Positions 1 through 8,169 of a stretch of 64,000 nt of DNA are shown piece by piece. Every line of letters starts with the position of its first letter. Position 1 is the stretch's first letter. The stretch spans positions 714-64,713 of the forward strand of contig CAOJYR010000005.1 in NCBI GenBank assembly GCA_948465965.1, given 5' to 3'. The notes under the pieces were generated by a model. It saw only the letters and a program-made list of their open reading frames with translations. It made no database searches and was not told the origin of the DNA. Origin of the DNA: an uncultured Mycoplasmatota bacterium (GTDB lineage Bacteria > Bacillota_I > Bacilli_A > RF39 > UBA660). The position numbers and the translations under genes were made by a program.

Positions 1-48
1 GATGGTATTATTGGTATTAAAACTGTTGAGAAGGTAAAATCTAAGTAG
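1..48 (+). CDS. 3' end of an upstream gene (partial)
   Basis: Frame 1 is open from base 1 to TAG 46-48 (...DGIIGIKTVEKVKSK*). DGIIG-x-x-T resembles the tail of a peptidoglycan-binding repeat, but 15 aa is too little to name it. Confidence 0.3.
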   Translation, partial: DGIIGIKTVEKVKSK

Positions 49-66
49 TTGTTTGGGGGATAATTT

Positions 67-1851
67 ATGATTAAAGATTTAAATATTAATGATGATAAAA
101 TGAGAGATTTATATTTAAGGGATTTAGCTGTGGGTAATATACAAGGTCCACCAATGGGAAGGATATCTTGGGATAAACCTTGGTTAAAGTATTATACTGA
201 GCAACAGATTATTGATTTTGAAGTTCCAAGTATGACGATTTATGATTATATGATGAAGAATAATAAAGATCATTTGTCTGATGACGCCTTATTTTATTTT
301 GGTAAAAAAATTTCTTATGAAAAATTAGAAGGGATGATTAATCAGTTTGCTAGTGGTGTATTGGAAAGTGGTATAGTAGCTGGTGATGTTGTTACTGTTT
401 GTATGCCTAATACTCCAGAGGCGGTGGCAGCATTTTATGCTTTAAATAGGATTGGTGTAGTTGCGAATATGATACATCCGTTGTCTTCGGAAAATGAGAT
501 TAAAGAGTATTTAAAGGAATCTAATTCTAAATTGTTATTAACTATTGATAGCTCACTTGATAAAATTTCTAATATTATAGATGATACGAATGTAGAAAAG
601 ACTGTCGTTGTTTCACCAAGTGATTCTATGTCTTTACCAATGAAGATTGGTTATAATTTAAAATTTGGAAAGGTAGCATTACCTGATAATAATAAATTTA
701 CTTCTTGGAAGAAATTTATTAAGGAAGGTAGAGAAAATAAAATAAGTGACTCATTTCCATTTGAAAAGGATAGTCCCGCTGTTATGTTACATACTGGTGG
801 TACCACTGGTAAATCAAAGGCTGTTGTATTAACTAATGAAAATTTTAATTCTATGGTTGAACAATTTAAAAATAATACTTCTAATTTCGAAAGAGGTGAA
901 AAGATGTTGACTGTTATGCCAGTTTTTCATGGGTTTGGATTATGCAGTTCACTTCATTTGCCTTTGTCATTGGGTGTTGGATGTATCTTAATTCCTAAGC
1001 TTGAGATTAAAGATATTGATAAGGTTTTTGATAAATATCATCCTAATCATATTTTAGGGGTTCCTACTTTGTTTAAGGGGATTTTGAAAAATAAAAATAT
1101 GCATAATAAGGATTTTTCTTATGTTAAGAATATTGTTTCCGGTGGAGATTTAGTAAAAGATTCTTTAGAGGATACTGTTAATGAATTTTTCGGAATTAAC
1201 TTAAGTAAGGGTTATGGGTTGAGTGAAGCTGTAGCTGGAGCTACCTTTGCAACGGGTGATTATAATTCTTATGGTTCTATTGGTATTCCGATGATTGGAA
1301 CTAATTTAAAAATTGTGAAGCCTGGTACAGATATTGAAGTTTATCAGGGGGAAGTTGGTGAGATATGTATTAAGGGATCATCTGTAATGAAGGAGTATTA
1401 TAATAATGAGGAAGAGACAAAAAATACTTTAATTGATGGATGGCTACATACTGGAGATTTAGGATATTATTCTAAGGAGGATTGCCAACTTTATTTCTCG
1501 ACGCGTAAAGGTAATATGATTATTTCTAGTGGAGTTAATGTTTACCCTAATGTAATAGAAGAAGTAATTGAGTCACACGAGGCAGTATTGATGTGTGCTG
1601 TTATTGGGGTTCATGATCAATATAAAGGGCAAATTCCAAAAGCTTTTATAGTTTTGAATGAGGGGTATGAATTAAACGAGAAACTTGAACAAAGTATTAA
1701 TGATTTATGTCAAAGAAATTTAAATAAGTATTCAATTCCTAAGAAATATGAGTATTTGGAAAAGTTACCTCAAACGTTATTAGGAAAGGTATCTCATAAA
1801 AAATTAAAAGAATATGAACAAGGACACGTTTTAGTAAAGTCGAAAAGGTAG
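67..1851 (+). CDS. AMP-dependent acyl-CoA synthetase/ligase (fatty-acid-CoA ligase-like)
   Basis: 594-aa ORF with AMP-binding signature LHTGGTTGKSKAV, GYGLSEA and hinge GWLHTGDLGY. G-rich RBS upstream. Confidence 0.85.
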   Translation: MIKDLNINDDKMRDLYLRDLAVGNIQGPPMGRISWDKPWLKYYTEQQIIDFEVPSMTIYDYMMKNNKDHLSDDALFYFGKKISYEKLEGMINQFASGVLESGIVAGDVVTVCMPNTPEAVAAFYALNRIGVVANMIHPLSSENEIKEYLKESNSKLLLTIDSSLDKISNIIDDTNVEKTVVVSPSDSMSLPMKIGYNLKFGKVALPDNNKFTSWKKFIKEGRENKISDSFPFEKDSPAVMLHTGGTTGKSKAVVLTNENFNSMVEQFKNNTSNFERGEKMLTVMPVFHGFGLCSSLHLPLSLGVGCILIPKLEIKDIDKVFDKYHPNHILGVPTLFKGILKNKNMHNKDFSYVKNIVSGGDLVKDSLEDTVNEFFGINLSKGYGLSEAVAGATFATGDYNSYGSIGIPMIGTNLKIVKPGTDIEVYQGEVGEICIKGSSVMKEYYNNEEETKNTLIDGWLHTGDLGYYSKEDCQLYFSTRKGNMIISSGVNVYPNVIEEVIESHEAVLMCAVIGVHDQYKGQIPKAFIVLNEGYELNEKLEQSINDLCQRNLNKYSIPKKYEYLEKLPQTLLGKVSHKKLKEYEQGHVLVKSKR

Positions 1852-1862
1852 GGGGGATATAG

Positions 1863-3290
1863 ATGAAAATAGGTATTGATGTTGATGGAGTATTAACAAA
1901 TTTAGAAGAATATCAGTTAAAGTATGGTAAAAAGTATTTTAAGGATATTAAAGATATTGATGAGACAGGATATGATATTTGTGATATTTTTCATTGCAGT
2001 GAAGCAGAAAGAGAGAAATTCTGGACTAAATATATATGGAAATATAGTTTAACAGAATCAATTAGGGAAGATGCAAAATTAGTTATTGATAAATTAAAAG
2101 AAGAGGGGAATGAAATCTATATTATCACTGGAAGAGCTCATACTACTGAGGATAATACAATGGGTAATTTATTTCGTAAAATGCTTGAGTACTGGTTGAG
2201 AAAAAATGGTATAATATATGATGCAATATATTATTGCTCGGAGGATAAAAGTTCTAATGAAAAGTTTGAGCTTTGTCAAAAATTAGGCATAGATGTTATG
2301 ATCGAAGATAAAAAAGAAAATATCGACAAAATTAAGGAAATTGCTAATGTCATTTGTGTAGATGCTAAATATAATCAGGGAATTGAGGGAGAAAATGTAT
2401 TTCGTATTAATAACTTTTCCCAACTTTATAATTTGATTAATCAAAAGACAAATCATAGTAATTCATACATAAGAAAATTTGATAAAGATGAGTTTAAAAC
2501 TAGCTATGGTATAGTTAGAGCAATTGGTTCTCCTGCTTTTAAGTTACTTTTGAAACCTACTATAATTAATAAGGAATATATACCTAAAGATGGCCCTTTG
2601 TTATTATGTGGGAATCACTTACATGTTTGGGATCAATTTCCTGTTATATGTTCTACAAAGAGAACTACTCATTGGATGTCTAAAAAGGAATATTTTGATG
2701 GGAAGATGGGACCATTTTTTAGAAAAACAGGGGCTATATGCGTTGATAGATTTGGGAACCCCCATGAATCTGTAAATGAAGCACTAAATTACTTAGATGT
2801 TGGTAGCGCAGTTGGTTTATTTCCGGAAGGAACTAGAAATCATCTGAAGACAAATAAAATTAAAGAATTATATGATGAGGTTAATAGTAGTTTGTCTGAG
2901 GATGAATTTAGTCGAATTTTAAAAGAACAACAACCATTATTGTCTCAGGTTAATATTTTACAACAATTATATATTGATGGAGAGGTATCTGAAAAAGAAT
3001 ATCTAGATGCTCTTGTCGACGTGGATTCTTATTTGAAAAATAATCTTTCGGAAGAGAATTATTATGATTCTTTACTTTTACCATTTAAGTATGGTGCTGT
3101 TTCGATGGCGCAGAAGAGTAATGCCACTATAGTTCCTTTTGCGGTTACTGGTGATTATACAATTGGTAATGATAATTTAATGGTTAGTTATGGTGAGGGA
3201 TATAAAATTGGTAGTATGTCTATTGATGAAGCTAATAAAGAGTTAAGAGATAAAGTTTTAACCTTATTGAAGCAAAACAAAAAAATGTAA
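1863..3290 (+). CDS. Fusion: N-terminal HAD/NT5C-like phosphatase domain + C-terminal PlsC-type lysophospholipid acyltransferase domain
   Basis: N-terminus has DVDGV (HAD motif I), ITGR and IEDK. C-terminus has acyltransferase motifs NHLHVWD (H-x4-D) and FPEGTRN. Sits 11 nt after the ligase gene. Confidence 0.75.
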   Translation: MKIGIDVDGVLTNLEEYQLKYGKKYFKDIKDIDETGYDICDIFHCSEAEREKFWTKYIWKYSLTESIREDAKLVIDKLKEEGNEIYIITGRAHTTEDNTMGNLFRKMLEYWLRKNGIIYDAIYYCSEDKSSNEKFELCQKLGIDVMIEDKKENIDKIKEIANVICVDAKYNQGIEGENVFRINNFSQLYNLINQKTNHSNSYIRKFDKDEFKTSYGIVRAIGSPAFKLLLKPTIINKEYIPKDGPLLLCGNHLHVWDQFPVICSTKRTTHWMSKKEYFDGKMGPFFRKTGAICVDRFGNPHESVNEALNYLDVGSAVGLFPEGTRNHLKTNKIKELYDEVNSSLSEDEFSRILKEQQPLLSQVNILQQLYIDGEVSEKEYLDALVDVDSYLKNNLSEENYYDSLLLPFKYGAVSMAQKSNATIVPFAVTGDYTIGNDNLMVSYGEGYKIGSMSIDEANKELRDKVLTLLKQNKKM

Positions 3291-3348
3291 CTTTGTTGTA
3301 AAGTTATATTTTTTTTGGTATACTTTATTAGAATTGAGGTGGTTTATT

Positions 3349-5688
3349 TTGAATTCTATAACTTTTCAAATTTGTAGTTTCTTTTATATTCTTATGTTAA
3401 TGTTTTTGTATTTTACTAAGAAACGTATTAAGACTCAGGAAAATGAAATTTTCTCATATATTTTGATTTGTAACTTTATTGGGTTAATATTAGATGTGTT
3501 TAGTATTTTTACTATTTTATATTCAGATAAGATTCCAATTATCAATTTTATAGTTTGTAAGGGATATTTAATATATTTAGTAACTTGGATAACCTTATTT
3601 ACAGTTTATATTTTTGCAATTTCAAGGAAAAGTGATGAAAGTAATTATAAGAGCTATCTTACAAAGGTAAAAAGAAATCTCTTTGTTATATGTTTGGTAT
3701 TTATATGTTTAATTGTAATTTTGCCATTATATTATAATACTACACCTGGTTATGTTTATTCATATGGTCCTGCAACCTATGCATTATATTTATATAGTGG
3801 TGTTTGTCTAATATTATGGATTGTAATTTTATTAAAAAATTATAAAAATATTAAACGTATTAAGTGTCTTCCTATTTTTGCATATATGGTCTTAGGTGTC
3901 TGTGTTATTTTTATTCAATTTTTAAATCCTAATTTATTATTAATGACTTCGATGGAAAGTTTTATAATTTTTATTATGTATCATACTATAGAAAATCCGG
4001 ATATAAAGATGATAGAACAACTTGAAGTTGCTCGTGAGCAAGCAGATAAAGCCAATCAAGCTAAGACTGATTTTTTGTCTAGTATGTCTCATGAAATTAG
4101 AACACCTTTAAATGCCATTGTTGGTTTTAGCGATTGTATAGGTGAGGCCGATTCTTTGGATGAGGCTAAAGAGAATGCTAAGGATATTGTGAATGCTTCT
4201 AAGACTCTTTTGGAGATAGTTAATGGAATTTTAGATATTTCTAAGATTGAAGCTGGAAAACTTGAAATAGTAAATTCTAGTTATCATGCAAGAGAGTTAT
4301 TTGAAGATTTAGCTAAGTTAATTCGGCCAAGGATGGATGAGAAGGCACTTGATTTTAGTTATTATATTGCGCCAGATCTTCCTGATGTCTTGTATGGAGA
4401 TCATGCTAATTTAAAGAAGATTGTAACGAATTTACTTAGTAATGCTTCTAAGTATACAGATAAAGGTTTTGTTAAATATGAGGTGAATTGTGTTAAGAAT
4501 AATAATACTTGTAAGTTGATTATAAGTGTTGAAGATTCTGGACGTGGAATAAAAAAGGATAGTGTAGATAAGTTGTTTACTAAGTTTCAACGCCTTGAAG
4601 AGGATCGAAATACAACAATAGAGGGAACAGGACTAGGACTTGCTATTACGAAACAGTTAATTGAGTTAATGGGTGGAAAGATTATAGTACATACTGTTTA
4701 TGGAGAAGGAAGTAAGTTTACAGTTGTATTAAATCAAAGAATAGAGAAAGTAGAACAGGTAGTGGAACCATTAAAGGTTAAAACAACATTAGATTTGCAT
4801 GATAAGAGGATATTATTAGTGGATGATAATTTATTAAATATAAAGGTGGCCACTAAATTACTTGAGAGGTATAATGCAAATTCTATTGCTAGTGTGGATA
4901 GTGGGTTTTTATGTTTAGATAGAATTAAGGCAGGAGAGGAATATGATGTTATTTTACTAGATGATATGATGCCAAAGATGAGTGGAGTAGAGACACTTAA
5001 GAAGTTAAAGGAAATTGAGGGGTTTGCTATTCCAGTAGTAGCTTTAACAGCAAATGCAATAACAGGAATGAAGGAGAAGTATCTAGCTGATGGATTTGAT
5101 GATTATTTGGCAAAACCAATAGAGAGGGAACAATTAATAAAAGTATTAAATGAAATATTTGATAAGAATAGTGTTCATAAGGAAAGAGTAGAAGATACAG
5201 AAGTGATAACTAATATAAATCATGATGTTATTCCAGTAGAAGGATTAAGTGAGGAAGAACTTTCTAATACACAAAAATTAACGCCAATTAAAGAAAAAGA
5301 TATAGAAGTATTAGAGGATAGTACTCAGTATGATGAAGGATATTTAAGAAAAAATGGAATTGATATGGATAATGCTTTAAGCTTACTTGGAGATATGGAA
5401 ATGTATAATGATACATTGAAAGATTATTTAAGTGAAGTAGATCATAAGTTTCTTGAGTTAAAAGGATATAAAGACAGTGGAGATATAAAGAATTATAGTA
5501 TCTTAGTGCATTCTATGAAGAGTGATGCGAAGTATTTAGGGTTTATGGAGTTTGCAGATGTTGCCTATCAACATGAACTTAAAAGTAAAGAGGGAGACAT
5601 TCAGTTTGTGAATACTAATTTTGAATGTCTAGAAAGTGAACTTAATAAAGTATTAGAAGTAGCTAGAGAGTATGCTAATAATATATAA
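3349..5688 (+). CDS. Hybrid sensor histidine kinase (polytopic N-terminus, HisKA, HATPase_c, receiver, HPt)
   Basis: H-box SHEIRTPLN. ATPase G-boxes DSGRGI and GTGLGLAI. Receiver LLVDDN...LLDDMMPKMSG...LTANA. C-terminal HPt HSMKSDAKYLG. The ORF track starts at TTG 3334; in-frame TTG 3349 sits 6-7 nt after GAGGTGG and is the likelier start. Confidence 0.85.
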   Translation: MNSITFQICSFFYILMLMFLYFTKKRIKTQENEIFSYILICNFIGLILDVFSIFTILYSDKIPIINFIVCKGYLIYLVTWITLFTVYIFAISRKSDESNYKSYLTKVKRNLFVICLVFICLIVILPLYYNTTPGYVYSYGPATYALYLYSGVCLILWIVILLKNYKNIKRIKCLPIFAYMVLGVCVIFIQFLNPNLLLMTSMESFIIFIMYHTIENPDIKMIEQLEVAREQADKANQAKTDFLSSMSHEIRTPLNAIVGFSDCIGEADSLDEAKENAKDIVNASKTLLEIVNGILDISKIEAGKLEIVNSSYHARELFEDLAKLIRPRMDEKALDFSYYIAPDLPDVLYGDHANLKKIVTNLLSNASKYTDKGFVKYEVNCVKNNNTCKLIISVEDSGRGIKKDSVDKLFTKFQRLEEDRNTTIEGTGLGLAITKQLIELMGGKIIVHTVYGEGSKFTVVLNQRIEKVEQVVEPLKVKTTLDLHDKRILLVDDNLLNIKVATKLLERYNANSIASVDSGFLCLDRIKAGEEYDVILLDDMMPKMSGVETLKKLKEIEGFAIPVVALTANAITGMKEKYLADGFDDYLAKPIEREQLIKVLNEIFDKNSVHKERVEDTEVITNINHDVIPVEGLSEEELSNTQKLTPIKEKDIEVLEDSTQYDEGYLRKNGIDMDNALSLLGDMEMYNDTLKDYLSEVDHKFLELKGYKDSGDIKNYSILVHSMKSDAKYLGFMEFADVAYQHELKSKEGDIQFVNTNFECLESELNKVLEVAREYANNI

Positions 5689-5761
5689 TTACAGTGAAAT
5701 TTAAAATATTTTAAACTTGATAATTAATTAGTTATTTGTATTTTAATTTAGTAAAATGTTT

Positions 5762-5803
5762 AAGAAGAAAATTAATAATTTATTAACTTTCTTCTTTTCT
5801 TTT
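5762..5803 (+). terminator. Rho-independent terminator after the histidine kinase gene
   Basis: AAGAAGAAAATTAATAA / TTATTAACTTTCTTCTT near-perfect inverted repeat followed by a T-rich run. Confidence 0.7.
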
Positions 5804-5935
5804 GTAAAAAGTGTGATTTGTACTTAATTTTTTCTTCTGTTATAGTCTATTTACTTTTGTTTATAGATTGGAGGAGATATTATAGAAACAGAAGAAAAAT
5901 TTTATACTTGTAGGTATGATCGCGCCTTTAAGAAA

Positions 5936-6706
5936 GTGATGCTTAATGAGAAAAATAAAGGTATTTTAAAATGTTTATTAGAATCTATTTTAAAAGTAAA
6001 AATAGAAGATATTGATATTTTAAATCAAGAAAGGAATTCATCTAATTTAAAAGTAAAGAGAAAACATTTAGATGCTATATTAAAAACCGATATAGGAATA
6101 ATTGAAATAGAAGTTAAGTCTAGTGATAAAAGTTATGTTCATCCGAGAAATATGTCTTATTTATGTGATGTATATTCACATAGTGTTTTAGTAGACAAAA
6201 ACTATGATGAAGATAAAATGTTTATACAAATAAACTTAAGTTATGGATTAAAAGATAATAAGTTACAAAGAATATATAAACTAACAGATAAAGATAGGCA
6301 TACTTATGTTAAAAATTTTGAAATCTATGAATTAAATATGGATATGTATAAGAAAATTTGGTATGATAAAGACAAAGAAAAGATAGAGGATAATAAGTAT
6401 ATAATCATGTTAGATTTAGAAAAAGAGGACTTATTAAAACTAGCAAATAAAGATAAGGTGGTATCTAAATATATGTCAGATTTAGAGAAAGTAAATGAAG
6501 ATTATGAGTTTAGAGAGTATATGAGTGCCGAAGAAGATAATAGAAAGATCATGAATTCTTTGAAAAAAGAATACAAAGAAGAAGTGCTAAAGGCAGGGAA
6601 AATAGAAATAGCCAAATCCATGTTAAAAGATAACATTGATATTGATATTATAGCTAGGCATACAAATTTATCTATAGAAGAAATAAAAGAGTTAAATGAA
6701 GAGTAA
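5936..6706 (+). CDS. Rpn-family / PD-(D/E)XK nuclease-transposase-like protein (start uncertain, may begin upstream)
   Basis: Family-typical N-terminal pattern ...D-x-x-FKKV...NK-x-IL-x-x-LL-x-x-IL, then a DAIL...IIEIEV nuclease-core-like segment and a C-terminal repeat (IAKSMLKDNIDIDIIARHTNLSIEEIKEL). The conserved YDRAFKKV motif lies upstream of the tracked GTG start. Confidence 0.6.
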   Translation: MMLNEKNKGILKCLLESILKVKIEDIDILNQERNSSNLKVKRKHLDAILKTDIGIIEIEVKSSDKSYVHPRNMSYLCDVYSHSVLVDKNYDEDKMFIQINLSYGLKDNKLQRIYKLTDKDRHTYVKNFEIYELNMDMYKKIWYDKDKEKIEDNKYIIMLDLEKEDLLKLANKDKVVSKYMSDLEKVNEDYEFREYMSAEEDNRKIMNSLKKEYKEEVLKAGKIEIAKSMLKDNIDIDIIARHTNLSIEEIKELNEE

Positions 6707-6765
6707 TGTAGCATTTATTATAAATGATAAATGGAAAGTGATAAGAATGTTACGAATAGAGATAG

Positions 6766-6805
6766 AAGTACATAAGGATATAAGAACTTTGTACTTTTTT
6801 CTTTT
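6766..6805 (+). terminator. Probable terminator after the Rpn-like gene
   Basis: AAGTACA ... TGTACTT stem with a 17-nt loop, followed by TTTTTTCTTTT. Confidence 0.5.
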
Positions 6806-6824
6806 AATAGGGATGTTTCTTGTG

Positions 6825-6854
6825 TTAAGAATAAGCAGATAAGAATGTTATAAT
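6825..6854 (+). promoter_or_regulatory. Candidate sigma-A promoter with extended -10 for the WYL operon
   Basis: TTAAGA-18 nt-TATAAT, with TG one base upstream of the -10 (TGTTATAAT). About 150 nt upstream of the regulator start. Confidence 0.4.
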
Positions 6855-7001
6855 GCAGGATAGCAATCCTCGAAAGTTATTTTTAAGTGTGAAGAATACA
6901 AATTGCAAAGACTGGTTAGCTAGATAATTTATTGTTAGGGTTATTATTCCTAATAATGTTCATTACCAATCTATGATAAAATATATTTGAGAGGTGGTTT
7001 T

Positions 7002-7592
7002 ATGGGTAAAATTTCTAATATGTTATATATGATTGATTTATTAAATACTGGTAATATATATTCAATTAAAGAATTGGCCAAACAATTGAATGTAACAGAA
7101 AGGATGATAAGATATTATAGAGATGAGATATCTAAAAATGGAATATGTATAGAATCTTTTAAGGGCCCTAATGGTGGATATTTTATGATTGATAAGTTAA
7201 AGAATTATACTAGTATAAATAAATATGATATTCAGCTATTGGAATATTCCTATGATATTTTAAAAACAAATAATTTTAAATTTTTGAATAAATATCAGGA
7301 TTTTATAGATAAGGTAAAGAAAATGAATATTGTATTTGAGGAAAAGAGTAAATTTATTTTAAATATTGATATAAGTGAAAGTGATGAAATGGAGAAAATT
7401 ATTGATGGCGCTATAAAAAAATCAGATAAAATTGATATTATATATGAGAGTTTGGATGGTAATAGTTCACAAAGAACTATTCATCCATTACAAATGTTTG
7501 ATTATAAAAATGAGAGATATGTAGTTGCATATTGTGAATTGAGAAATGATATTAGACATTTTGAATTAAAAAGAATTATTACAATCAAATAA
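7002..7592 (+). CDS. HTH + WYL-domain transcriptional regulator (YafY-like, short form)
   Basis: N-terminal HTH IKELAKQLNVTERMIRYYRDEI. C-terminal WYL-type segment RTIHPLQMFDYKNERYVVAYCELRNDIRHFELKRI. ATG 7002 follows GAGAGGTGG; the track starts at TTG 6987. Confidence 0.75.
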   Translation: MGKISNMLYMIDLLNTGNIYSIKELAKQLNVTERMIRYYRDEISKNGICIESFKGPNGGYFMIDKLKNYTSINKYDIQLLEYSYDILKTNNFKFLNKYQDFIDKVKKMNIVFEEKSKFILNIDISESDEMEKIIDGAIKKSDKIDIIYESLDGNSSQRTIHPLQMFDYKNERYVVAYCELRNDIRHFELKRIITIK

Positions 7593-7646
7593 AAAAGACG
7601 AAATATTTCCATTGCGTATGTTACAATAGTTTCAGGAGGTCATGTA

Positions 7647-8162
7647 ATGGATGAAAATATTATATATATAGATTTGGATGGGGTTATACTTGACTCTGAG
7701 GAAAGAATGTTGGAACGAAAATATATGATGGGATTTTGTGATCATAATGATGAAAAACAATTTCATGAATATTTTAATTATACAAATATACACAAAGAAG
7801 AGTGGGACTATATTATTAGAGATGCAAAATCAATTAATGATTCTGTTGAGATAATAAAAGAACTACAGATGTTGAAACGAAAAATAGCCATATTAACAAA
7901 AATTCATACATTGCATGAGATGAAAGTTAAAGTTGATGATTTAAGAAATCATAGGAACATAAACATTCCAATTATATTTGTACCTCCAGGAATTAAGAAA
8001 CATGAGGTGGTTTTACCAAATGAGTGTTTATTAATTGATGATTCTTTTAAAAATATTAATGGATGGATAGATAATGGAGGGTATGGATTGCTTTTTGATG
8101 AAAATAATCAAGGAGATGATAATACAAGAGTTCAAAGTTTACAATTCTTATTAAAGAGGTGA
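7647..8162 (+). CDS. Small HAD-superfamily phosphatase, 5'(3')-deoxyribonucleotidase (NT5C/YorS)-like
   Basis: Motif I IYIDLDGVILD and motif IV LLIDDS. Size (171 aa) and layout resemble phage-type 5' nucleotidases. RBS AGGAGG. Confidence 0.6.
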   Translation: MDENIIYIDLDGVILDSEERMLERKYMMGFCDHNDEKQFHEYFNYTNIHKEEWDYIIRDAKSINDSVEIIKELQMLKRKIAILTKIHTLHEMKVKVDDLRNHRNINIPIIFVPPGIKKHEVVLPNECLLIDDSFKNINGWIDNGGYGLLFDENNQGDDNTRVQSLQFLLKR

Positions 8163-8169
8163 TATATTT

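Noticed and set aside
2590-2775. Short same-strand or antisense ORFs nested in larger genes (2590, 6502-, 8409-, 17563-, 17684, 22137-, 28616-, 30906-, 39553-, 40487-, 43426-, 43442, 43611-, 51195-, 51383-, 54004-, 54742-, 56521, 57793)
   Set aside because: All are 60-100 aa and fully nested in ORFs with strong motif support. They lack RBSs and have compositions typical of off-frame AT-rich reads.
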